Source of the DNA: Acidobacteriota bacterium | Lineage (GTDB): Bacteria; Acidobacteriota; Thermoanaerobaculia; Thermoanaerobaculales; Sulfomarinibacteraceae | Assembly (NCBI GenBank): GCA_022340775.1 | Contig: JAJDNH010000025.1 | Location: 2,007-66,006 of the forward strand | Length of the DNA: 64,000 nt | Direction: 5' to 3' | Part shown: positions 48,001 to 55,248 of the stretch, piece by piece | Numbering within the stretch: the first letter of the stretch is position 1 | Layout: each line of letters starts with the position of its first letter | Notes under the pieces: model-generated | What the model was told of the DNA's origin: nothing | The model's input: only the letters and a program-made list of their open reading frames with translations | The model's database searches: none | Made by a program: the position numbers and the translations under genes

Positions 48001-49346
48001 GAGGGCTCCCGTTCGATCCCGTAGGTCTGGATTTTCTTGTACAGGTTGGAGCGCGGCGTGTCGATGGCGCGAGCCGTGGCGGCAATGTTCCAGCCGTTGA
48101 GCTCCAGCTGATGGGCGATGTAGGCTCGCTCCGCGGCCCGCTGGAAGTCGTGAAGCGTCGGAGCGTCCAGTAGCCCGCTGGTCTCCGCGGCGGCTGGTGC
48201 GCCCAGAAAGTCAATGCTGCGGATGACATCATCGAGCTCCATGATGACGGCGCGCTCGACAGTGTTTTTGAGCTCGCGGACGTTGCCGGGCCATGCGTAG
48301 CGGCAGAGCTCGGCGAGGGCCGCCTCGTCCCACCGCTTGAGGCGTCGGTTGTACTCCTCGCATGAGGCCCTCGTCAGGTGCTCCACGAGCAGCGGGATGT
48401 CCTCGGCGTGCTCGCGCAAGGGGGGCGTTCTCAACATGACCACCGCGAGCCTGTAGTAGAGGTCCTCGCGGAACCTCCCCTCGGTCACCTCGTGTACCAG
48501 GTCCTTGTTGGTGGCTGCGATGACCCGGACATCGACCGTGAAGGGCTCGCCGGCGCCGACCGGCTCGACCTCGCCATCCTGAAGCACGCGCAGTACCTTG
48601 GCCTGGGTCTTAAGCGACATGTCGCCGACCTCATCGAGGAAGATCGTTCCGCCGTTGGCTTGCACGAACTTCCCCACCTGTCGCCGGTGGGCGCCAGTGA
48701 ACGAGCCCTTCTCGTGCCCGAACAGCTCGGATTCGATCAACTCCTCGGGGATGGCGGCGCAGTTGACGCGGATGAAGGCCGCCTTGGCTCGGGCCGAGAG
48801 ACGGTGGAGACGACGAGCCACCAGCTCCTTTCCGGTGCCGGACTCACCTCGCACGAGAACGGTTGCCCGTGACGGGGCAACACGCGCGATCTCCTCGCGC
48901 AGCCGGCGCATGACGAGGCTGTCGCCGAGCAGTGGAGGCGGCTCGAGGTCGGTGGTTTCTTGACGGGCGAGGCGCCCTTGAGCAACCGCGCCGCGGATTG
49001 CCAGCAGCAGCTCGGAGCGGTCCGGCGGCTTGGTCAGGTAAGAGGCCGCTCCCGCCTCTAGGCAGTCGCGTGCCGTGAACTCGTCGCCGTGGCCGGTGAG
49101 GATCACTACCGGGATCTCCAGCCCGCGCTGGCGGAGGTTCTCCATCAAGCGCAAGCCGTCCATGCCGGGCATCTTGATGTCGAGCAGCATCGCGTCGGGA
49201 GGCGTCGTGTCGAGCCTGTCCAGCGCCTGAAAAGCATCCGACGCCTCATCGACCTGATAACCGGCGCCGCTCAGGATCCGCTGCAGGATCTTCCGGACCC
49301 CCTGTTCGTCGTCGACGATCAGAACCCGGCCTTCCACCGATCTCAC
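47997..49346 (-). CDS. Sigma54-dependent response regulator (NtrC family: REC + AAA+ + Fis-type HTH)
   Basis: VLIVDDE...LLDIKMPGMDG, GESGTGKE, GAFTGA-like GSFTGA, and a C-terminal HTH AATARAIDTPRSNLYKKI. Confidence 0.9.
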   Translation of the reverse strand: MRSVEGRVLIVDDEQGVRKILQRILSGAGYQVDEASDAFQALDRLDTTPPDAMLLDIKMPGMDGLRLMENLRQRGLEIPVVILTGHGDEFTARDCLEAGAASYLTKPPDRSELLLAIRGAVAQGRLARQETTDLEPPPLLGDSLVMRRLREEIARVAPSRATVLVRGESGTGKELVARRLHRLSARAKAAFIRVNCAAIPEELIESELFGHEKGSFTGAHRRQVGKFVQANGGTIFLDEVGDMSLKTQAKVLRVLQDGEVEPVGAGEPFTVDVRVIAATNKDLVHEVTEGRFREDLYYRLAVVMLRTPPLREHAEDIPLLVEHLTRASCEEYNRRLKRWDEAALAELCRYAWPGNVRELKNTVERAVIMELDDVIRSIDFLGAPAAAETSGLLDAPTLHDFQRAAERAYIAHQLELNGWNIAATARAIDTPRSNLYKKIQTYGIEREPS

Positions 49347-50872
49347 CCCTCCACGTCGAACGTTACGCCCTGGGCCAACGGCAGCTCGCGGCCCCAGTTG
49401 ATGGTACAGGTCTGTCGGCGCATGTAGGCCTTCCAGGCGTCCGATCCCGCCTCACGTCCGCCGCCGGTGTCCTTCTCCCCGCCGAACGCGCCGCCGATCT
49501 CCGCCCCGGAGGTTCCGATGTTGACGTTGGCGATGCCGCAGTCCGAACCCTCGTGAGACAGGAAACGCTCCGCCGTGTACAGGTTGGAGGTGAAGATCGC
49601 CGATGACAGGCCCTGGTCCACCGAGTTGTGGAGGGCTATCGCCTGCTCGAGCTCATCGAACTCGAAGATGTAGAGGATGGGGGCGAACGTCTCGTCGCGC
49701 GTGATCTCCATGCCGGCATGCGCCCTGACGAGGGTTGGCTCGACGTAATATCCGGGGCGATCGAGGCGCCGGCCGCCGTACAGAATCTCGCCTCCCTGCT
49801 CGCGAATGGTATCGATGGCCGAAAGGTAAGACTGCACGGCGGCCTCGTTGACCATCGGTCCCATCAGCGTTCCCGGATCGAGGGGGTCTCCGATCGGGAT
49901 GCTGCCGTACGCGCTGACCAGTCGCTGGGTCATCGCTGGCGCAGCGCCTTTCTGCAGGAAAAGCCGCCGCAGCGACGTGCAGCGTTGGCCTGCGGTGCCG
50001 ACAGCGGCAAACAGGATCGCACGCAGGGCGAGGTCCTGGTCGGCATCGTCAGTGACGATGACGCCATTGTTGCCGCCCAGCTCGAGGATCGAGCGGCCGA
50101 AGCGGCGGGCCACCGCCTCGCTGACGTGCCGTCCCATGTCGCATGAGCCGGTGAACGAGACGAGTGGCACCCGGCGGTCGTTGATCATCCGTTCGCCGAC
50201 CAGTGACCCGGAACCGATCGTGAGATTGAAGATGCCCTCGAGGCCGTGCCGCTTCATGATCGGGTTGACGATGTTCTGGACGGCGATCGCGGTCAGCGGC
50301 GTTGAGGACGAGGGCTTCCAGATCATGGTGTCGCCGCAGGCGGCGGCGACGGCGGCGTTCCACGCCCATACCGCGACCGGGAAGTTGAAGGCGGTGATGA
50401 TGCCGACGATGCCGAGCGGATGCCACTGCTCGTACATCCGGTGGCGGGAACGCTCGGAGTGCATGGTGAGACCCGAGAGCTGGCGCGACATGCCGACTGC
50501 GAGGTCACACATGTCGATCATCTCCTGCACCTCCCCGAGGCCCTCGGAGAGAATCTTGCCCATCTCTAGAGACACCAGCCGGCCGAGGTGTTCCTTGTTT
50601 GTGCGCAGAGCGTCCCCCAGCTCCCTCACGATGAGCCCCCGTTGCGGGCCCGGCATCATCCGCCACGACGAGAACGCCGTCTGCGCGGTTGTGACAACCT
50701 GCTCGTAGGCTGCCTCGTCGGCCTGGACCACCTTGGCGATCGGGGTGCCGTCCGCGGGGTTGATCGACACCAACTCGCGGCCGCCGGCCACCGAGATCCA
50801 CTCGCCGGCGCAGGCTCCGGGATTGCTCTCCTTGATGCCGAGCTCGTCGAGCAGCTTCCTGATATCGGTCAT
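49343..50872 (-). CDS. Aldehyde dehydrogenase, ALDH7/piperideine-6-carboxylate (aminoadipate semialdehyde) dehydrogenase-like
   Basis: ILELGGNN, FAAVGTAGQRCTS (catalytic Cys), and an ALDH7-like N-terminus GIKESNPGACAGEW. The start is ATG 50872 with an AAGGAGG SD. Confidence 0.85.
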   Translation of the reverse strand: MTDIRKLLDELGIKESNPGACAGEWISVAGGRELVSINPADGTPIAKVVQADEAAYEQVVTTAQTAFSSWRMMPGPQRGLIVRELGDALRTNKEHLGRLVSLEMGKILSEGLGEVQEMIDMCDLAVGMSRQLSGLTMHSERSRHRMYEQWHPLGIVGIITAFNFPVAVWAWNAAVAAACGDTMIWKPSSSTPLTAIAVQNIVNPIMKRHGLEGIFNLTIGSGSLVGERMINDRRVPLVSFTGSCDMGRHVSEAVARRFGRSILELGGNNGVIVTDDADQDLALRAILFAAVGTAGQRCTSLRRLFLQKGAAPAMTQRLVSAYGSIPIGDPLDPGTLMGPMVNEAAVQSYLSAIDTIREQGGEILYGGRRLDRPGYYVEPTLVRAHAGMEITRDETFAPILYIFEFDELEQAIALHNSVDQGLSSAIFTSNLYTAERFLSHEGSDCGIANVNIGTSGAEIGGAFGGEKDTGGGREAGSDAWKAYMRRQTCTINWGRELPLAQGVTFDVEG

Positions 50873-50944
50873 CAGCAGTCCTCCTTGACTTCTCCGATCC
50901 TCCGGACGCGGGGAGTGTACCACCGGCGACGGCCGCTGAAGCCG

Positions 50945-51388
50945 TCAGGAGTCGCCCGAGAAGTACGCCTCCCAGTCGGCGATCTCACCGGCGGTGAGAG
51001 GAGAGTCGTCGTTCTTATAGGTTCTTGCACCGGGCATCAGCTTGCGCAGCCAGTCAGCTGGCCGACGCACCTGGGCGCCCCGGCGGCGAGCGCGGTCGGC
51101 GAGGCCGCGATCGGCAGTCACCACAACCCATTCTCTGGCTGACGAGCCGGCCGGGAGCGAACGGACGATGACGTCGTCCGCCTTCTCGGCGCCGGAGTAC
51201 ACGATCGTGGTGCGACCGAGGCGCTCCCGCTCCGGCACGCCGTCCGGAGCGGGACCGTCGAAGACAACGGTGACCGACGTCTTTTCGCTCCGGGCCAACT
51301 CCAGGGTGCTCCGGCGCACCGCTGCTCGGGTCCGGTCGTGGGTAGGGAAGCTGTGCATGAGGTTGTTGCCGTCGACGAGTACCGGCAC
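50945..51388 (-). CDS. NYN/PIN-like domain protein (YacP-like putative RNase)
   Basis: The N-terminus is MPVLVDGNNLMH. Further motifs are VVFDG and VVTADRGL. Confidence 0.55.
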   Translation of the reverse strand: MPVLVDGNNLMHSFPTHDRTRAAVRRSTLELARSEKTSVTVVFDGPAPDGVPERERLGRTTIVYSGAEKADDVIVRSLPAGSSAREWVVVTADRGLADRARRRGAQVRRPADWLRKLMPGARTYKNDDSPLTAGEIADWEAYFSGDS

Positions 51389-51559
51389 GGCTGCCTCCAG
51401 GGTAGCTAGCGCAGCGTCAGCGATCCAGCCGGCTCAGAGGGACAGCTCCACACCCGCCCGTGGAGGGCGGCTTTCGCGCCCCCTCTCTGGCCTCGTGTGG
51501 GGGAACCGAGCTCGCTACCGTTGCTGCGCTGGCTCCATCGTTACCACCGACCGGACTGC

Positions 51560-53125
51560 TCATCGCTGCTGGTCGCGGGCGCGGCGCAGCAGGCGCTCGA
51601 GCTCGCGCCGGCCTCTCAGCTGCTGGTACATCTGAGTGGCACGAGGGTGTTCAGGCTCGGATGCGAGGGCTCTTTCGAGGGCCTTTCGTTGCCGCTCCGG
51701 GTCGTTCCGACGACGCCAGAATTCGGCCAGCTCGAGCCACGCATCGACATAGGCTGGGTTGGAATCGATGGCCTTGCGAAGGCTGAGCAGGGCGCGTTGG
51801 CTCCAGAGTGGGTTGCGCATCAGCAGGCGGGCGAGCTTGAGGAGCTCAGGAGGCCGCGGATCGAGCTCGCAGGCCTGTTCGAGGAGCTGGATCGCGAGGT
51901 ACACCTCACCGTCCTTCACGAGCTCATCAGCGCGCTTGAAGTTGGCCTCGACAAGTTTGGAGCGAGCCGCCTGGCTCGCCGTGCGGCGCTTCTTGCCTTC
52001 CTCGATCTGGGCCTCCTGCTGTTCCTCGATCGATCGCAGCACCTTGTCGTAGCGGCTGCGCGACGAGGCAGCCGAGAGCACCTCGTAGGCCTCTGCAGAG
52101 CGGCTGAGGATCGTCGTCAGCTGCGGCTTGAGATCACGGAGGTGAATCTCGAGCGACCGCTCCGGTGAGAACTCCCGCTGAGCGCGGTTCCACGCGTTCT
52201 CGATCTCCTCGAGCCGGACCGACCGCTCGAGGCCGAGGGCCCGATAGTGATCGACGCGCGGGCTCTCATCCGCGAGATTCTGGATGTGTTCGCGCTCCGC
52301 CAGCTGGGTGGAGGTGAGGAGCGATTCGTCGACGACCGCAAGGTGCTCGCCGGAGCTCGCCTTGCGCGTGCTGACGTCCGGGAGAGGGGCCGGGGCCAGG
52401 TCCGGAGAGGTCCCCACCGAAAGCACGCCGGCGGTCTTGAGCGCATAGAGCGTCGCCAGGGCCTTGTCCTCGGCGAGAGGGGAGACGGAGACGAGCTCGG
52501 AGAGCCGGCGAGTGCCGTCGAGGCGGCTCAGGAAGTACGCCTCGCTCGGGGTCAGCGCGAGCTCGCTCAACAAGGTATCGAGGGTGGTGCTTGGCCAGAC
52601 GATCTGCGACATGGGCTGCAGCGCCGCCCGCATCGCACCGACATCCGTGAACGCGCGTGCTGCAAAGAGAATCAGCTGAGTCGTGGTCAGATTCGGCAGG
52701 GTGTCGGGCTGGCCCTCGGCGCGTCCCTCTACGAACTCACAGAACGTCCGCGGGGCTGCAGCTGCCCGGCAGATGATCGTGACCGCGAGCTCCTCCAGCT
52801 CCTGCTCGAGCCGCGCTTGTTCGAGGCAGCCGCGAGTCACCAGCAGGTGCCCAAGGGGGGGAGCGTCGCCTCCGCCCTGGGACAACAGCGTGAGTGCCTT
52901 CTCATTGTCCGAGATGAGGCCGCGGAGAACGAGCCAGCTGCCGAGCTTTTCCTCCTCACTGTTGGAACGGGCGGCGCGCAACTCCCCATCGACGAACAAC
53001 AGCTCGCGCAGGGTCTCGCCGGCGAAGGCGGTGAGGATGCCGGTGGACTGGCTGCGCGCGACCCGTGCCATGTAGTCGGGCAGTGGGCGCGAGCGCCGCA
53101 GGTCGAAGCGGTCGTCGATGGGCAT
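51560..53125 (-). CDS. DUF4388/PATAN-like N-domain protein with degenerate J-domain-like segment and C-terminal TPR-like repeats
   Basis: A DUF4388-like STGILTAFAGETLRELLFVDGELRAARSN is present. The J-like segment is DHYRALGLERSVRLEEIENAWNRAQREFSPE..YEVLS...SRYD, with no HPD. The C-terminal helices are TPR-like. Confidence 0.6.
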   Translation of the reverse strand: MPIDDRFDLRRSRPLPDYMARVARSQSTGILTAFAGETLRELLFVDGELRAARSNSEEEKLGSWLVLRGLISDNEKALTLLSQGGGDAPPLGHLLVTRGCLEQARLEQELEELAVTIICRAAAAPRTFCEFVEGRAEGQPDTLPNLTTTQLILFAARAFTDVGAMRAALQPMSQIVWPSTTLDTLLSELALTPSEAYFLSRLDGTRRLSELVSVSPLAEDKALATLYALKTAGVLSVGTSPDLAPAPLPDVSTRKASSGEHLAVVDESLLTSTQLAEREHIQNLADESPRVDHYRALGLERSVRLEEIENAWNRAQREFSPERSLEIHLRDLKPQLTTILSRSAEAYEVLSAASSRSRYDKVLRSIEEQQEAQIEEGKKRRTASQAARSKLVEANFKRADELVKDGEVYLAIQLLEQACELDPRPPELLKLARLLMRNPLWSQRALLSLRKAIDSNPAYVDAWLELAEFWRRRNDPERQRKALERALASEPEHPRATQMYQQLRGRRELERLLRRARDQQR

Positions 53126-53129
53126 CAGC

Positions 53130-54233
53130 CTACCCGCCCTCGTCCCCCGAGGGCCCTGTGGGAGTGTGGCGTGTCAGCTCGACCACGGCCGGAGTCACGC
53201 CTTCCTGGACCAGAGCCTTGGGTACCGAGCCGATGGCATCCCGAGCGGCCTCAGACGAGCCGTAGTCTCCCCACAGCAGCTGCCAGCACGGGACTCCCCC
53301 TTTGAGGTCTCGGCGTTGCGCGGTGAGATCCTCGGGGTGTTGGCCGGCCTTCCTGAGGATCCTCTGCAGGTCCTGAGGATCGCACCCGGAATCGACCACG
53401 ATGCCCCAGTGACCCTTGACAGCCGCCTGCCGGCGGTTGTGGCCGAGGACCAGCGCCACCGCCGCCACGGCGATCACAAGGGCAACCACTGCCGCCGCGA
53501 TGAGCCATGCCCTACGCCTGCCGGCGGGCCGTCCTACATCCTCCAGGGGAACCGGAGCGACCGAGACCACGGGTTCTGAAACCTCCGCCACCGGTACCGC
53601 TTCGAGCAAGCCTGCCGCCGCCAGGCCTGCCAGGAGACGTGCTACCTCCGACGGGTCATGCGGCGACCGGCTGGCAATTTCCTCGGCGGTGCGCTGGCCG
53701 GTGACCTTGGCCACGACAAGGTCCGCTTCCTCGGCCAGCTGCAGCGCCGCGTACGACTCCAGAAAGCCCGCCGTCCGGCGGAGGAGGACGTTGAGGTTGG
53801 GGAGGATAGCGGAGGTGATGTCGTCCCCATCATCCGACAGGACGGCCTCGACGATGGCGTGGGACAGCGAGATCGTCGGCCGGTCGTCTTCCTCGACCTC
53901 GTATTCGGCCGCCTCCAGGGTGCGGTCGGGATCGAGCAGCCATGAGTGCAGCGCCCTCTCCAGGACCGACTTGACGATTGCCAAGGCGTCGGTCTCACTG
54001 CGGCCCGCCTGTACGGCCGCGGCCTTCGCCTCCTCCAGAAGGTCGGCATGGCCGGCCGGCCTGCAGCCGAGCCGGCGCGCAACGACGGTCGGGTCAGGGC
54101 CCTCGATGCCGATCGCCCTACCGAGGCTGATCTGCAGCGTGAGCTCACCGCCGCCCCAAGCCAGGTGCAGGTCCCCGCTCCTGCGGGCGGCGATCCAACG
54201 CCCAAGCCGCCAGATCGACTGCGGATCGTTCAT
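53130..54233 (-). CDS. DUF4388/PATAN-like protein with one TM helix and C-terminal SPOR-like domain
   Basis: SGDLHLAWGGGELTLQISLGRAIGIEG is followed by the TM WLIAAAVVALVIAVAAVALVL. The C-terminal part is HWGIVVDSG..CWQLLWGDYGSSEAARDAIGSVP. The start is ATG 54233. Confidence 0.5.
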   Translation of the reverse strand: MNDPQSIWRLGRWIAARRSGDLHLAWGGGELTLQISLGRAIGIEGPDPTVVARRLGCRPAGHADLLEEAKAAAVQAGRSETDALAIVKSVLERALHSWLLDPDRTLEAAEYEVEEDDRPTISLSHAIVEAVLSDDGDDITSAILPNLNVLLRRTAGFLESYAALQLAEEADLVVAKVTGQRTAEEIASRSPHDPSEVARLLAGLAAAGLLEAVPVAEVSEPVVSVAPVPLEDVGRPAGRRRAWLIAAAVVALVIAVAAVALVLGHNRRQAAVKGHWGIVVDSGCDPQDLQRILRKAGQHPEDLTAQRRDLKGGVPCWQLLWGDYGSSEAARDAIGSVPKALVQEGVTPAVVELTRHTPTGPSGDEGG

Positions 54234-54309
54234 GGTGCCAGGGTAGTCGATTGCCGCGTTGTTGCCAAGCTGCAGGCAGGCGACGATGATGGTCCTTCCG
54301 GAGGACGTA

Positions 54310-54774
54310 TCAGCTTTGCACTCTCTTGCGGCGCATCGGGATCGCAAGTACTGGGCACGGCGCCATCCGCAGGACCTTGTCGGTGACGCTGCCGAGAATC
54401 GCATGCTCGAGCCCCCGCGTTCCGTGGGTGTTCATGACGATCAGGTCCACCTTCTCCTCGGCGGCGACATCGACGATCACGCGAGCGGGGCGCCCGCGCG
54501 AGACCATAATCTCGATCTTGAGGCCCGAGGGCGCCTCCTCGACGACCTCCTGCAATGTGGACAGCGCGCGACTGCGGATCGAGCGGTAGTAGTCCTTGTT
54601 GGGAGAGTGAAAGGAGAAGATGTCGGGGTACGGGAAGGTGTCTTCGACCACGGCCAGCATGATCAGCTCGGCACCGTTGAGCTTGGCCAGCTGCACGGCC
54701 AGGTCGAACGGCCGCCGGCTGAAGTTCCCAACGTCGACGGGAATCAGGATCCGTGTCGGCAATGGGTTCCGCAT
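54310..54774 (-). CDS. Universal stress protein (UspA family)
   Basis: ILIPVD is present, followed by DLIVMNTHGTRGLEHAILGSVTDKVLRMAPCPVL. Confidence 0.85.
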   Translation of the reverse strand: MRNPLPTRILIPVDVGNFSRRPFDLAVQLAKLNGAELIMLAVVEDTFPYPDIFSFHSPNKDYYRSIRSRALSTLQEVVEEAPSGLKIEIMVSRGRPARVIVDVAAEEKVDLIVMNTHGTRGLEHAILGSVTDKVLRMAPCPVLAIPMRRKRVQS

Positions 54775-54832
54775 GGCGTACCTCCCCGTTTTCGTGTCGC
54801 TTCAACACCAATATGGGAGGCTACCGAAGGGC

Positions 54833-54861
54833 TTGACAAGGGTTATGCCACCCACTAGGAT
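54833..54861 (+). promoter_or_regulatory. Sigma70-like promoter for the tRNA pair (TTGACA-17 nt-TAGGAT)
   Basis: A consensus -35 at 54833-38 and -10 at 54856-61 have 17-nt spacing. The pair lies about 25 nt upstream of tRNA-Val. Confidence 0.5.
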
Positions 54862-54886
54862 GACGCTCCCAACGGTGGTTCCGTTT

Positions 54887-54961
54887 GGGAGGTTAGCTCA
54901 GCGGCAGAGCACCTGCCTTACACGCAGGGGGTCGTGGGTTCAAATCCCCCACCTCCCACCA
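54887..54961 (+). tRNA. tRNA-Val (anticodon UAC), CCA encoded
   Basis: Cloverleaf folded by hand: acceptor GGGAGGU/ACCUCCC, D-stem GCUC/GAGC, anticodon stem CCUGC/GCAGG with loop CUUACAC, T-arm GUGGG-UUCAAAU-CCCCC (one U.C mismatch). Length 75 nt. Confidence 0.85.
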
Positions 54962-54978
54962 CCTGCCGCGCCTGATGC

Positions 54979-55055
54979 GGGGTCGTAGTTCAGCTGGTTA
55001 GAACGCCGGCCTGTCACGCCGGAGGTCGAGGGTTCGAGTCCCTTCGGCCCCGCCA
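54979..55055 (+). tRNA. tRNA-Asp (anticodon GUC), CCA encoded
   Basis: Acceptor GGGGUCG/CGGCCCC (one U.G), D-stem GUUC/GAAC, anticodon stem CCGGC/GCCGG with loop CUGUCAC, T-arm GAGGG-UUCGAGU-CCCUU. Length 77 nt. Confidence 0.9.
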
Positions 55056-55068
55056 CTCCACTCACACA

Positions 55069-55097
55069 GCCGCCCTCCAGGCGGCCGTTTTCGTTTC
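55069..55097 (+). terminator. Rho-independent terminator after tRNA-Asp
   Basis: GCCGCC-CUCCA-GGCGGC hairpin (55069-55085) followed by CGUUUUCGUUUC. Confidence 0.55.
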
Positions 55098-55248
55098 GTG
55101 TCCGGGCCAAAGGGAGTCGAGCGCCGCGCAGCCAGCGGGTGGCCGTACACCGTTCCCGCCCTCTCCCTGCGACCCCGCCAGCCCACCGGCTGGGTGGGGG
55201 AACCTGACCACCTCAGCGCTCGATCACCTAGCTACTCTGGGATCGCGC

